From the NCBI GenBank assembly GCA_951406725.2, contig OX597822.1, positions 16,182,001 through 16,246,000 of the forward strand: DNA of 64,000 nucleotides, read 5' to 3'. Positions 1 to 14,374 of this stretch are shown here, in pieces. The notes beneath the pieces are model-generated. The model had not been told where the DNA came from, made no database searches, and saw nothing but the letters and a program-made list of their open reading frames with translations. Position 1 is the first letter of the stretch. Every line of letters begins with the position of its first letter. The position numbers and the translations under genes were made by a program. This DNA is from Octopus vulgaris (Eukaryota).

Positions 1-61
1 ATGTCTGATGGGGATGGACGTGCTAATTGCAAAAAAGAAATCAAATATAGGTATAAATATA

Positions 62-430
62 GGCGCAGGAGTGGCTGTGTGGTAAGTAGCTTGCCTACCA
101 ACCACATGGTTCTGGCATCTTGGGCAAGTGTCTTCTGCTATAGTCTCGGGCCGACCAATGCCTTGTGAGTGGATTTGGTAGATACTGTATATATGTATAT
201 GTGTGTATGTATGTGTATGTATATGTTTGTGTGTCTGTGTTTGTCCCTCTAACATTGCTTGACAACCGATGCTGGTGTGTTTACGTCCCCGTCACTTAGC
301 GGTTCGGCAAAAGAGACCGATAGAATAAGTACTGGGCTTACAAAGAATAAGTCCCGGGGTCGATTTGCTCGACTAAAGGCGGTGCTCCAGCATGGCCGCA
401 GTCAAATGACTGAAACAAGTAAAGAGAGAG
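62..430 (+). mobile_element. tRNA-derived SINE, family A (Octopus-type)
   Basis: Head GGCGCAGGAGTGGCTGTGTGGTAAG, internal TA/TG microsatellite and tail CATGGCCGCAGTCAAATGACTGAAACAAGT. The same sequence recurs at least 8 times in the window. Confidence 0.85.
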
Positions 431-1296
431 ATAAAAAAATTTATGAAACATAATGTGCAATTATAAATAAAAAATATATTTTATTATACAGTCAGTTTTG
501 TGAAGAGAAATTATAAATTCTTTATAAGCTATAGAAGCTATACAAATGTATAAGACTGTATATAAATACATTTAATAATCTACAATATAAAAAATATAAA
601 GATTTCACAGAAATCTAATAAAATATTTCTTCAGAGAAATAAGGATAAGTCAAAATAGAATAAAATAGAATAACGATCATTTTATAAATTATGATACAAA
701 TTATATTGAAAGAATAACTAGATATGTTGTTATTATAAAAATCACCATATAAATAAAAAATATATGTATCAAATATTAATCGGAAAAAATAAAGATATCA
801 ATGGAAATGGGTTTCTAAGATATTTCTAAAATACATCAAATTCACTGCTCTAGGTAGAATAATAACAGATCCTAGGGGTTATGCCTTATACTTAGAGGAA
901 GTGCAAGTTTTAGTAATCCATTGTAAATTTATATGTTATACTATGACCGAAGTGAGTTCCAATACTCAACTGGTAAATTGAGCCGACGTGGAATTGTTCT
1001 CATGTTTCTAATAAAACTTAATTTGTTACCCAACAGTTCTGCTGAGTTATCCTTATTTTCCTTTGTTTCTGAGCTTTTCAAATTTTAAAGGTAATTGACT
1101 GGCAGCCTGTATATTGAAATTACCTGTAAACACCTGCATGCTAAACGGGCTTTACTGACCAGAGTATTTTCAGAGGCATGAAGTGATGGTGGCTGGTTTT
1201 TAAATCGTTTCTATGTTAAATAATGGAGTAAATTTTTGTTGATATAATAAAGGATTATTATATTATACAGGTAGGCAGGTAGAGAGACATGGGGGA

Positions 1297-1300
1297 TAGA

Positions 1301-1375
<75 letters not shown>

Positions 1376-1380
1376 GTAGG

Positions 1381-1461
<81 letters not shown>
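1297..1461. repeat. Compound (GATA)n/(GACA)n microsatellite
   Basis: Directly visible. Confidence 0.95.
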
Positions 1462-2539
1462 TATGAAATGAATTGACAATGAAATGGATTGATAATGACA
1501 TTAGCTGATTGCTTTCATTAGCTTGCTGTGTTCTCACTCTGTCTCGCTCCTTTTTGGTATCTAACAGCAACTGCCCCAGTGTACGATTAATCACGTGTTT
1601 AGCAGCCATATTGTCAAAGCTTAAGCGCAGATTTTCAATTAAAATCGTATTTTGTATGCTAGTATTCTGTGGTGCTTCATTGAAATGTTTCTGTTTTTTC
1701 CTTCCTGCAACCAAAGATTTCCAAATAGTGTTCATTATTCCACTTGGTCTTAGCGAAATTATTTTAATTAGGTTACATTTGATATGTTTACTTTTTGTCT
1801 TCGCACACTACGATCGTTTGAGCTGTTGTTAGAATATAAGTATGTGCATCATAAGCGTTTGTTTCTTGCGAAATATTTGCTTTTTATAGTGTACGCCTCC
1901 GTTATATTCTGTTATATTCTGGTTCTTCTTGCATGCATATTATCGCAATCAAAATTTAAGTAGAAAATAAATGGTATTCCAGCTAACTCGGTGTGTCATA
2001 AACGATATCTATAATGTTTCTGGTCTATAATTCCAGTATATTACAGATTCTAAAATAACTTTTGTGATGGGAATATCCATAGCATGTATTCAGATTAGAA
2101 GGCTACTTTTAATTTTGTCTTTGTTTTTTTTTACATATATATTTTGAAAATAACTACCAATTTCAACGTCTAAGACACGACATATTATTGTAAAATAGCA
2201 GGAAGTGAGATTTGTTATTGTCAAACTTATCATACATGACTTATTACACGGTATGATATTCCGCATATTTTTATGTAAATGGAGGTCAATTTCTCATATT
2301 AGATAGCCATATATATCAGTTTGTAAACTGACTTAATTGTATTTCTCTCGCGATTGAACAGGAGTGAGCTTTTAAGTTTAGCTTCAGCTTCGACCTGACG
2401 TTTATTACAGAGAATTTTTGTTTATGGTAATAAATCGCTGACTTTAAATTCCAGAATGTATGAAGGGTTTTATTTTTGTACGTCTGCCAACATTGAGATA
2501 TGTGCACGACAGATTTATGCAGCACATATATTCTTCTGT

Positions 2540-2629
<90 letters not shown>

Positions 2630-2654
2630 CTATATGCTAGCGTATGCACATACC

Positions 2655-2990
2655 TATGAGGTGCATTCTATAAGTTTTGAGACATTTTAGTAGTTCTAAC
2701 TGTTCTACATTATTGTAATTTGAGTATGTCGTTACTAGATATCTAATAAGCTGAACTGCCAACTTTTCTTATTTCGTGTTAAAGGACAAGACTGCAGCAG
2801 CACTTTGAACTTAACCTGGTGAACACTGTTTCTCATGGCTGACTAATTTGCAAAATATAGTCGAGACGTTTGGAAGTTCGCTACGCAGTGAAGTTTTCTG
2901 TTAAACTGGGCAAGAACACTGCAGAAACTTATGGATGATCCTGTGTAGCGTCGCATGTCTTTCAACAGGCATGAAACTGATGTGTATCCG
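2655..2990 (+). mobile_element. Decayed mariner 5' remnant
   Basis: TA-TGAGG TIR-like start. From about 2870 it translates to LEVRYAVKFSVKLGKNTAETYG, like mariner transposase N-termini (EQRYAIKFCVKLGKSATET). Confidence 0.6.
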
Positions 2991-3026
2991 ACTGAAATCC
3001 TATCTATATAGGTTTCATATTTTGGC

Positions 3027-3224
3027 ACAAAGCCTGCAATTTAGTGAGAGGAACTAACTCGATTACATCGACCCTACTGCTCAAGTTGGCACTTATTTTA
3101 TAGAGCCCAAAATTGTGTCAGATAATGTGAACCTTGGCGGAATTTGAACAGAGGACATAGAGACGAATGAAACGCCGCTAAGCATTATTGTTGCTGGTGT
3201 AACGATTCGGCCAACTCGCCGCCT
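3027..3224 (-). mobile_element. SINE family C (Meta-domain-like), diverged
   Basis: Reverse complement of the GGCGGCGAGYTGGC head, similar to copies at 23470, 54225 and 60098. Confidence 0.65.
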
Positions 3225-4089
3225 TCAATCCTGTGTATAGGAACTGATGTTTATATTTCACTGAATGGAGCCACAGTATTTGTTGATTCCACTAAAAACT
3301 GAGCAATACATTGTATACATATATGTACGTATATGTGTACGTGTGTGTGTGTGTGTGTGTGAGTATGTGTGTGTGTGTGCAATTTGTATATGGTAAATAA
3401 CTTGATACATAGAATATTTACTAAATATACGCTGCACATTTAGCATTAGTGTGTAAGCAAACTCTGAGCGGTCCCCGTAGAATGAACTGAGATTAGTTAC
3501 ACTTAGTTTTTGCTGGTTTATCGGGTTTGTCTTCCCTTCAGATTACGTGTATAACAACGCATTCAAAAGACGTTTATGAGCGTGTGCTTAATAGAGAAAC
3601 ATCTTTACTCACTATAATATTAAACACTTTCATTAAAGAAGGTAGTCTCTGCTCTATTGTCTAAAGAGCAATGTGTTGTAAGCGCATAATCTATTGACTT
3701 AGGGAATGCTAAACGTATACATTTAATATTATTTTTATTTTACCTTTGGTCAGTACTTTAGTCAATAAACATACAGTTAGTGAACGCACTGATATATAAA
3801 TGAATAACATGCAAATTAGCGTCTGTTCGTCGTGTAGCTGCGAGTTGTTTTCTACAAAACAAAATGCAGGGATTCTTCATCCGCCAAAAAAACATGTGGT
3901 CTTACTTAATTGAGATTTTCTCTGATTCTTGCTGGGGGAATTTCCATGTTGTTCAAAACTGGTGTTTTTTACTCAACGACGCTAAAGATATGGATATGAC
4001 ATATATACGTAAATAACCTTATTTACAATTAATTCACACGATGTCTCCGTACTTTTGTTAAGTACGTATATATAGATACACATATATAT

Positions 4090-4157
<68 letters not shown>

Positions 4158-5529
4158 GTACGCGTGTGTGTCTGTGTGCGCGCGTGTGTGTGGTAGTCAA
4201 CTTGTAATTTGAATTCGTTATTCACAGAAATTTATCTTCAGATTCATAAATTTTTGAATACATTCTTCGGTTTGTTGCCAATTAATTTTACCTTCGGTTT
4301 CCTTTGAAATTATTCTGCCTGAAAGCAACGAGAACCAAGATACTAACGAGCGTGCTATCCACGCTCTCTAGAATTAACCAATCAGTTCAATTGCCAAAAA
4401 TGTCATTTCTTGTCAGAATTTCCACCAACGTTCTCCAGTATTATTATAATTTAACAGGAATGCTTCCATCGGTATTTGAAAAGATGTTGGTTTTACAGCT
4501 TTTGTATGTTTGTTATTGTTGTTGTTGTTGGTGGTGGTGGTAGTGCTGGTGGTGGTTTTTGTGTTATCGTTGGTGGTTGCCGCTGTGAGGATTTTGATAA
4601 CGATGCTGACGAAGTCAATATTGATTCTGCTTAGCTAAGTGAAAAGAACTGTTATAAAACATGTCTAATGATATATTATTGAATTGAAATGCTCAATATT
4701 GATATATACTACAACTTTTCCATTGTGCTTCTAAGCAGTCTTTTTCATGTCTTCGTTAATTTTTATCCTATCGGGAAATAAACGTGATAGATTGTCGTGA
4801 TATTCATTAGGTTCTTTCGGATGTATCTGTCTAACAACGTGAAATTGCATGCTTTAATATTTATCTCATCTTGCAGAGGTGTGTTGAAAATAATAGAAAA
4901 TAAATTTGACCTTTACACTTATCTCTCACTCAATTTATATAACATATTAAGTCTTCGAAATAATTTGTTTAATTTGATTGTAACTGCCTCGATACTTTCA
5001 TTCTTAACTTCAAACGTCTTTTTAACTAATCTGTTGGAATAATTTATTCACCAATAATTGTTTAAAATCAAGGGCGGTGACGTGACAGTGTTGTTTAAAG
5101 TAATCAAACATATTGTTTTGGAATGCGATTATTGAAAGTTTGTAAAGCGCATATGATACAGCATAAGGAAATGTTAAAAATCCATTATCTTCTAATTAGC
5201 TAGTTATTAATTAGCTATGATTGCAATATTTGAAATTACTTACAAATGATAATGTAAAAATCCACCAAAAGAAAAATGTTTTAAAAAGCTCATTATTTTC
5301 TAAATATAAATTACAACCGTTCATTTCGTAACAAATATTGGTTCAGAGTTTAGTTCCAAGTCATTATCAGCCCAGCAGATCATATTAAGGAAGTCTTTCT
5401 ACCCATGGCTATTCTATAGGCGGTCTCGTTAGCTAATTACACATTTCCTTTTTTTTTTTTTTTTCTAGTAGCTGTGTTTGGAGAAACGAACTGTGTCTAT
5501 CATCTTCGCAGTTCCTCGTAGACCTGCCA

Positions 5530-5830
5530 TGATTGCTGCCATGAAATGGCCATCTTGAAACCGAAGCGAGAAAGACATAGACCGGAAGAGAAATCAAAAT
5601 TACAAGCATTCTGGGAATGAAAGGAAGTGTGTTGTGATTAGTGCGGCAACTGAAAATTGAACATAGAAAAGAGTAATGGCGGGAAGAGAAGCATGTGTAC
5701 CGGGTCGTCAGTGGCGGTAGGATGAGTCCAATCTGCTCCAAGGAATAAAGGACAACATATCAGCGGTAGAAAGACAAAGAGAGGAAATAGTGCATCTGAA
5801 GGCCGATTAGTCGGTATTTAAGAGGATAGA
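5530..5830 (-). mobile_element. Decayed CR1/L2-group LINE 3' fragment
   Basis: Minus-strand peptide pieces such as ISSLCL.YR...LILPPLTTRYTCFSSRHYSF...CRTNHNTLPFIPR resemble the C-terminus of CR1/L2 ORF2. Confidence 0.5.
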
Positions 5831-6302
5831 AGATTTGAGGGACATTTCGTTCTTTGTTGTTATTCCTGTTTTATTGATTACGTAGATGCTCTGATGTTAG
5901 TTCATACAACAAAATAAGTTCCACCATTTCTGTAATATCCTCTGCTCCTCAGAGTAGAATGAGCTTATGTCCCTTCCACTCCAGCATTCTTCCCGCAATA
6001 AACATATATATTAAATTCAGTAAGTAACAGTAAAACAGTTTATTAACTCACAGATGTACTCATGGCTATATTGTTAAGAAGTTCGCACCGCAAACACTTG
6101 GTGTCGGATTAAGATCACAGCGTGGCACACCAGAAAGACGAAGGGTCCTCATATAACTACAAGAAACGTGCGTATCAAATACAATCAAAATATCAACATT
6201 AAACTTTATCTTTATTCTCACACATACACATATTGATATTATGGCCACTATTATCACATACCCTTTTGGGAATAAAACGGGCAGATAAAGGGTTCATTCT
6301 TT

Positions 6303-6504
6303 TACTTTTTATTTGTTTCAGTCATTTGACTGAGATCATGCTGGAGCACCGCCTTTAGTCGAAAACACCGACCCCAGGACTTATTCTTTGTAAGCCTGGT
6401 ACTTATTCTAACAGTCTCTTTTGCCGAACCCTAAGTCACGAGGACGTAAACACACCAACATCGGTTGTCAAGCGTTGGTGGTGGAGACGAACACCGAAAC
6501 ACAA

Positions 6505-6547
<43 letters not shown>

Positions 6548-6710
6548 CGACGGGCTTCTTTCAGTTTCTATCTACCAAATCCACTCACAAGGCTTTAATC
6601 GGCTCGAGGCTATAGTAGCAGACACATGCCCAAGATGCCACGCAGTGGGACTGAACCCGGAATCATGTGATTGGTATGGAAGCTACCTACCACACAGCCA
6701 CTCCTGTACC
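6303..6710 (-). mobile_element. SINE family A, full length
   Basis: Reverse complement of the 62-430 family, with both head and tail present. Confidence 0.9.
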
Positions 6711-7703
6711 TTATATTATAGAATAAAAAAATAAACAGAACTAACTCCATTTTAATTGCATTCCGAACCCCCACCCCAACTACCCAGTCCTCTAACCTCC
6801 GTCAGTGCTATAAATCTTAGGTATCCCCTACCCAATTATGACATCGCGTAGTCTTCTGCTATAATACTACTTACGGGAACTAACAAATCCATTGTACGAC
6901 TAGCAAGGCTCGCAGAATCTTCAAGGCAGTTGGTTTTTGAATGTTTTGGTTTGTGTATTTACCTAATGAAAAGGTATTTTTCTAATGATATAATGCTTCC
7001 ATTAATTAATTAAGAGTTGTTTTCTAAGTGCAGTATTTATGTATTGTTATTTGTTCATAATAATTACAGCAGTTTATCTGATTCCATTATAACAATGCTA
7101 TTATCGTTTTGTTTTTGTTGTCTTTTTAGGTCAAATATTCTTTTCCATTTTCTTCCATTTGTATTGGACTTTGGTTTCGGAAGATGGAAGCTCATTGTAT
7201 GGGAAGGGGAATATCAACGCACGAAATTTATCAAGAGTTTTCTTCCTATTTTTTGGGTTTTAGTCGTCTTTGTTTCCTTTAACGAATAGTTCTGACGTTA
7301 TCCTTAATATTCCGCAGAAATTCGAGATGTCATCTCGTACTCCATTGACTTTAAGATACTATGGTGACGGGGTAAATTTTACAAGTTTTGTGTCTTTTCT
7401 TTTGCTTCTCTTTTGCTTATAAGAATTTCAAGTAAATATAAGATTACGTTAACACATGAAAGATGGCTAATCAATCTATCCATTGAGAGATAGCGTTCTA
7501 CACACATTCTTTCTACAAAACAAAAGACAATATTTACAACAAAGCCCAGAAAATACACAGTTTTCAGCACAGCGCCATATGCAATACACGCTTGAGAATC
7601 AACTTCATTCATAGATTTAAAAATCTAAATAAATTCCCTGTGCATTTTCTCTATGCATTTTCAAATTCTTTTCCTTGTTCCTGTCCCTGTCTGTTTGTCT
7701 TTC

Positions 7704-7734
<31 letters not shown>

Positions 7735-7875
7735 TTTGCCTGCGTTGTTTGCCTTTTTAAGTGCTGTGGTTTTACTGGGATCTCCCTTTTAAGTAGAAAG
7801 AATAGCCATAACTCTTTGACAGCTATTTCTAAATTCGGTGTGTGGTGAGGCAAATCGTTGCTAAACCCTTAATTA

Positions 7876-7912
<37 letters not shown>

Positions 7913-7915
<3 letters not shown>

Positions 7916-8199
7916 CGTGGTCACCGTGACCGACCAGGCTATCAGATGTTGCTACACATCTCTGGTCACAATGGACTTCGCATTGTTTTACCCTTCATAT
8001 GACGCCACCCCGCTGGCTAAGCCAACAGAAGAAAGAGTGAGAGAAAATAGCGGTGAAAGAGTACACCAGGGATCGCCACCACCCCCTGTCGGAGCCTCGT
8101 GGAGCTTTAGGTGTTTTCGCTCAATGAACACTCACAACACCCGGTCTGGGAATCGACACCGCGAATCCGCTGCCCTAACCACTGGACCATTGCGCCTCC
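7913..8199 (-). mobile_element. tRNA-Arg-like SINE family B (OR-type), alternative 3' tail
   Basis: Head TGGAGGCGCAATGG..CAGTGGTTAGGGCAGCGGA is shared with the 24109 copy but the 3' part differs. Embedded in (TA)n. Confidence 0.8.
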
Positions 8200-8254
<55 letters not shown>

Positions 8255-8604
8255 AAATGCTCTAAAACAAATTTATAATGCATATTATATTACGCTCCAA
8301 TATGTTTCCAATTACAAGAAGAATTTAATGCGCTTTACCGAAATATGCAACCGCGCGGTGCTTGTATCTATAACATTTTCTAAGAGGTGTATGACAAATA
8401 TTGTCCTATAATATATAAAAGATAAGCATTGAAATGTATCGTAATCTTGTCAGTTATATCAAAAACATGAAAAGTATTTTATTACCTTTGCAGTTGAGTA
8501 TATAAACTGAAATAGGAAATACAGTTTATATGCTAAGGGATTTTGCGTATAATGACATATCCATACATACATACATTTATGCATACATGTAAACATATAT
8601 ACAT

Positions 8605-8675
<71 letters not shown>

Positions 8676-9092
8676 AATATACTGAAAGAGGGTGAAAAAG
8701 AAAGAGGTATATATATATATATATATAATACAAAGTAAGATAGGGGTTATGGGTGTAACCCAGTAAGGGATAGCATTTATCCAATATGCTGTTGGTAAAG
8801 TACCCAAATTCTTAATACATAAATGTCTTAATTACAATGCAATTAACTTATTTATTGTATTAAACTGGTGAAGGTAAAGAAATATTTTTACCGTAAATTT
8901 ATAATACAAATAAGAAAATGGGGAAACAAATTTAGTTTGTTCATCGACTTTCGATATTAGAATGTCGGATTATTTATTCATTCAACAAAATGAGAACCTC
9001 AATATCATACATATATATCTTATAATTCAATACATATAAGATAAGAATACAAGTTATAAAAATCAATATAATTTATTGAAATCATTAAAATC

Positions 9093-9229
9093 ACTTCTTA
9101 CAACTGTTTCAGCCTATGGCTAAAAGTAGTTATTTTTATTTTTATTGCCTATAGTTGTCAACATAATGATGTTGTAGGCATTTTAAAATATGGTGCTTAT
9201 ATATATAACAATAGGCTTCGTCAGAAGTT
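9093..9229 (-). ncRNA. Type I hammerhead ribozyme motif with long stem II
   Basis: Minus strand: actt-CTGACGA-agcctat..(about 90 nt)..ataggct-GAAA-cagttg-TA-agaagt. Stem I is imperfect. Confidence 0.65.
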
Positions 9230-9451
9230 ATAAGGAACTTTAAAAATATTAATATTAATACATTAAACATGATACACGTATTATTTAATATATATAAATA
9301 TATATAAAAAATATGAACATATATCCATATAGACATATATACATATACATATATACACATATACATTCCTAAGCAAAGTGTATGTACTGTTACAAGTGTA
9401 AAATATATAAATAAACACAATTAAACAATAGGTCCAAGTAGATATACCATA

Positions 9452-9878
9452 TGGTCTAGCATATAGAAAAATCTGAAGATTCAGAAAAATTATATTACAT
9501 ACATATAAGGAGGATGACCACTAAGTGGACATCCATTATCCTAGAAGTCGACCCCCTATGGACATACCACTAAGAAAGGAATGTTCTCAAGAAAATTTAG
9601 CAAACGTCAGAACTTAAGTGAGCAGGACAAATGAAAAGATACAAAATATACAGACGAAACCGGGTTTGTGATTAATCTGTATATTTTGTATCTTTTCATT
9701 TGTCTTGCTCACTTGCGTTCTGACGTTTGCTAAATTTTCTTGAGAACAATCCTTTCTTAGTGGTAAGACTATAGGGGGTCAACTTCTAGGATAATGGATG
9801 TCCACTTAGTGGTCATCCCTCTTATATGTATGTAATATAATTTTTCTGAATCTTCAGATATTTCTATATGCTAGACCA
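9452..9878. repeat. Inverted repeat of about 203 bp (9452-9654 / 9676-9878), probable 5'-inverted PLE pLTR remnant
   Basis: Arms are near-exact reverse complements with a 21-bp spacer. Lies 5' (on the minus strand) of the 9093-9229 hammerhead. Confidence 0.85.
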
Positions 9879-9939
9879 CTGGTTTTAAATTGATATTAAT
9901 CAAATTAATATTCAATTTTCACCCTTATTATTTTGAATT

Positions 9940-10085
<146 letters not shown>

Positions 10086-10411
10086 ATTATTTGTTTCAGT
10101 CATTTGACGGCGTCCATGCTGGAGCACCACATTTTACTCCAGTAAATCGACCCCAGGACATATTCCTTGTAAGCCTAGTACTTATTCTAACGCTATCTTT
10201 TTGCCGAACCGCTAAGTTATGGGGACGTAAACACACCACCATCGATTCTCAAGCGACGGGCTTCTTTCATTTTCCGTCTATTAAATCCACTCATAAGGCT
10301 TTGGTCAGCCCGAGGCTATAGTAGAAGACACTTTCCCAAGGTGCCACTCAGTGGGACTGAGCCAGGAACCATGTGGTTGGTAAGCAAGCTACTTACCACA
10401 CACCCACTACT
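10086..10411 (-). mobile_element. SINE family A (internal microsatellite deleted)
   Basis: Matches the 6303-6710 copy. Confidence 0.85.
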
Positions 10412-10807
10412 AAGCATATATATATAGTCACACATATGCCACATACGCATATAAACTGGGAATTTGTGCTTGTGTATGCAAATATAAGCGTGTGCGATAG
10501 AAAATATTTTGCTTTCTCAAGGAAGAAACAATATGATGTGAGTTATTTCTATGCTTGCTGTGTGAGCTACGTGTCTCTGTATGAAGCCTATTATGTTTGG
10601 CTTCTCATTTCTAACGTATCAGAGAGAATTTATCACGTGGAGGTGCATACAAATTCATTTATATTACAATCACACAAATACGTACAAATACAAACGCTCA
10701 CACACATAATTATGTATATATATATTTATGGGAATTCCTTTTCACTTTTTAATATACGCATGTAAATATGTGTGTGTGTGTGTTTATGCATACATATAAA
10801 TGTGTGA

Positions 10808-10865
<58 letters not shown>

Positions 10866-11639
10866 ATATATGATTCCTAAGACTTCTTGTTACTTTATCT
10901 CCGTCGTTCTTAACTGTATATTTTCCGTCTCGCCATCGACATATTTACTTTGAAAGCACTCCATTGCAAGAACTCGGTAAAACAAGAAAGATTTCAGGTA
11001 GAATAGCTGTACTTTTAATGAACATTTGAATATTGACAGTTAGAATCTCTAAAGCTGTATCAGATTTATTGAATAATTTCAGAATATTCTGGTTGTTGAA
11101 GCGAAGAACTTCAGGTTCTCCATCCGAGGTTTGTTCAGGACTAACATACATAACGTAGTGGGGCAAAAAATTGTAATTAATCAAGAACTCCCCTCTCCCC
11201 CCAACGAAGAGTAAAAATGCTTAGCTTCCTGCTTAAATTGGATCAAGGCAGGAAATTAACGACTTCGAAATCTCAATTAATTAAAATTCGAATTACGTGT
11301 GCGATGAGGGGAAGGGAAAATATTTGTGGTTTATCGATTTCAAACTACAGTGCCTTTCATTTCTGGTTTTACAGATATCTGGTTCTGGTTCTGAACAATT
11401 TTATACAATTTGATAAATCAATACCGTAAATATAAATACATCTGAGAATAATTTATGTATGCCGAACTTGCGATGCAACATGTCAGAATGTTTCGATCTC
11501 ATACAAAATTTTATAATCTAATATGTGTAATTATGTTTGTACAAATTCAATTAAACAACAAATTATATATCATTTATTCAGCAGAATAAATCTGTTAAAT
11601 ATTGGCAACATTGTTGACATTCTCATATAACTTAAACAT

Positions 11640-12400
11640 TTTGGAATCTTTTTGATAGTTGCTGATACGCTTCAATAATGTTTAGTTCCATCGCAGATGT
11701 GAGTATCTATAGAATCATGAAGATTGATTCGAGGATGTTTGAAATGAACATTCAGATGTACAGAAAAGCTCTTTGTAAATCGAGTGGTTATTGAAGCAGG
11801 AACTACAAGGAAACAAAACCTGGGGTCGCTGTTAATTAATTACTGGTGATTTTCTGACATCTTAACAAATTTCTTGATGTTATAACCAATACATACAGAG
11901 AATGCAGAATGGAATGTATTAATCGTACTATAACATAGAGGAAAGGTAATAAAAAACTTGACTAAGCCTTATAAGAAGAGCATTTTTCAGGGGACTCTGT
12001 ATTCCCAATTAGATTTGATACAACCCTTACTTTGTTAACAAATGCGCTAATATAATTGCTAGTGACAGGCTAAAAATATCATCTCTTCTGCATGAATGGA
12101 TTAAAACTATGAATTAGAGAGCGTTCAAATTAGGAAACCTTCATTAAAAACGCATACAGAGAGTTTGCAAAAATATCAAGATGCGTAAAGATTGAGACAA
12201 ATAGCGCACTGCAACGAGAAACAAATTAATTTAAAATATCAACGAATATCTTGATAATACGGTGCAAGACACAATATATTGAGATTAGGAGCATGATGAA
12301 AGCATCGAACTACTAGAAGCTCAAAATTAAAGTTAATAACTATATGAACTCAGACAAATATATAGACGTGTCAACCAGTTATGAATAAAAGCTAAAATAA
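11640..12400 (+). mobile_element. Ancient R4/Dong-like RT fragment
   Basis: Degenerate DNA matches to GIFQGDS (about 11980), NHLxYMDDLKLY (about 12080) and FSDDIKM.GLDKCA (about 12165) occur in the expected order, with many stops and frameshifts. Confidence 0.5.
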
Positions 12401-13097
12401 TTGAAACGATTTCAATCTGAATTTCGGATTCTACGACGCCACATATTTGAACAACTAAACTATCGCGTTAATTGAATCATCGCATAAGAAGCAGAGTATT
12501 CTATTGAAACGTGTGTGTATTATTCATGTTGACGCCAAGAGGAATCATTGTAACACAGTGTAACATGTCTGGACCTTTGAATTACATCGGATGGGCTTCT
12601 CCACAGTTTCCATCTACATATTTTTACTCAGAGTTTATGGGTTAACCTTGCAAAGAAGATGAGAATTTCTCAAGATGCAACGCAGCAGGATCCAAATCGG
12701 ACACTATGATTGCAAAGCAAACATCTTAATCCATCTACCATATTGTATTTACATACGTTTATAAACCAAAGCCTAAAAACTGATTTGTGATTTAGTCTTA
12801 AGGTCAATAATTCTAAAGGAAGGCGGAAGTCGATACTATCGACTCAGAATTTCACTAATTTTATATTTTATCGGCTCCAAGTTGATGAAAACAAAGTTGA
12901 TTTCGACAGAATTCGAAGGCAGAACGAAAAGAACGGAGACAAATACTACAAAGAATATTTGCCGATGATCTCATGATTTTGCCAACTCTCAACCGTAACA
13001 ATATTCGGGATTAGTGAAGAACATGAAGAAGAAAACCAGAAACAGAAAATCTTTCTATGATTTGTGTGCCTCGATGACCTTTAAACAATGCCAGCAA

Positions 13098-13290
13098 ATC
13101 GCCCTGTGGTGATGTGGTGGTTTGTGTTCCTCAGTAACCTTCAGAGCAATGCCAGAGAAGAGCCAGCTCCTGGTAGGGGCTCCCATGCCACACGAGATAA
13201 AGGATAGAGCCTATGGTAATATGAACCACCTCTTCTCAGAGGTAGAAAAGGGTTGGCGTTGGGAGTCAACACCTTTTCTAGAAAAGAAGG
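13098..13290 (+). mobile_element. Degenerate RTE-clade LINE 5' UTR-like sequence
   Basis: Motif run GCCCTGTGGTG..CTCAGTAACC..AGAGCAATGCC..CTCCTGGTAGGGGCTCCCATGCC..GGGTTGGCGTTGGG..CAACACC resembles RTE 5' ends as I recall them. Confidence 0.4.
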
Positions 13291-14338
13291 TCTAAGGTAC
13301 GGAAGCATTGATGGCAATTGAAAGCAAACAAAACATTGAGAGCAAGGGGAAAAAACAGCACCGAATCGAGAATGGTGGAGAAAAGTCCGGAGAGAAGGAC
13401 TAAACTAATGGGAGCTGTGCATAAGGTAGGATATCCTGAAAAAGACTTCTGAGAGGAAAAAATTTATACGGATTTATAGAAGTAAAGGAACAGAACACGC
13501 TATAGATAACATGAATCGATAATCTAACAAAACATTTAAAGTTTGAGAGGAAAGATTTCTTACGGCCAAAACCTGACAAGGAACCGGTATTACAGACAGA
13601 TAAAATGAAAAGGCATCTTTGCACCACACCTTTCAGAATTATAGAAGTGCAGGAGGAACACTTTTATGAAATGCAAATAAATTACATATACGGTTTGTGA
13701 ATATAAATAGCAATAACAACTATTCATAAACTGGAAATAGTAAGAGAACACACCAGAAAAGAATACCACGTACCGTACGCACGTTGCAAATATGTTTTTA
13801 AACTAGAATCTTTTTAGACACATCACATAATCCACTTAGAAACTCTCAACAGAGTACGCCAGACCTCATAACATACATGCTTTATGCAGTTTCCTGGCGA
13901 TGATAGGAATTTTTTCTTATCAAACAAAAATACGACTACAGCAAGACAAGGCAAAATATGAAACAATTTCTACAAGATATAAAATCATCACTATCACAAT
14001 CATCATCATCATCATCATCTTCATTATAGTCTTCTTCATCATCGTCATCGCCATCTTTATTTTAGTCAGCCGTCTTTCTTTCACTGCACAACGGATTGCT
14101 CTTTTGTATTCCTTTGGCACGTGCTGCGTTTCTTGCTCATATTTTCAAAGTATCTTAATATATTTAACATACACGACAGCATCGCGAGATTTTGTGTGCT
14201 ATATATTTCCTTTTTATTTATTTTTGTTAATCTTTCTCTCCTTAATATTTTTTATCATGTTTGTATCCATATCTATCTTCATATCTATCTCTCCCGCCTT
14301 CCCTCTCTCTCACTTTCTTTCTTTCTCTCTCTCTCTCG

Positions 14339-14374
<36 letters not shown>

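Noticed and set aside
1211-1832. ORFs of 174 aa and 107 aa as a host gene
   Set aside because: The 174-aa ORF is extended by a GATA microsatellite. No recognisable domain or supportable exon chain in either.
10945-11184. Possible minus-strand host exon ending at a GTAAAT donor-like site
   Set aside because: No recognisable homology and no clear acceptor or neighbouring exons. It cannot be supported without RNA-seq.
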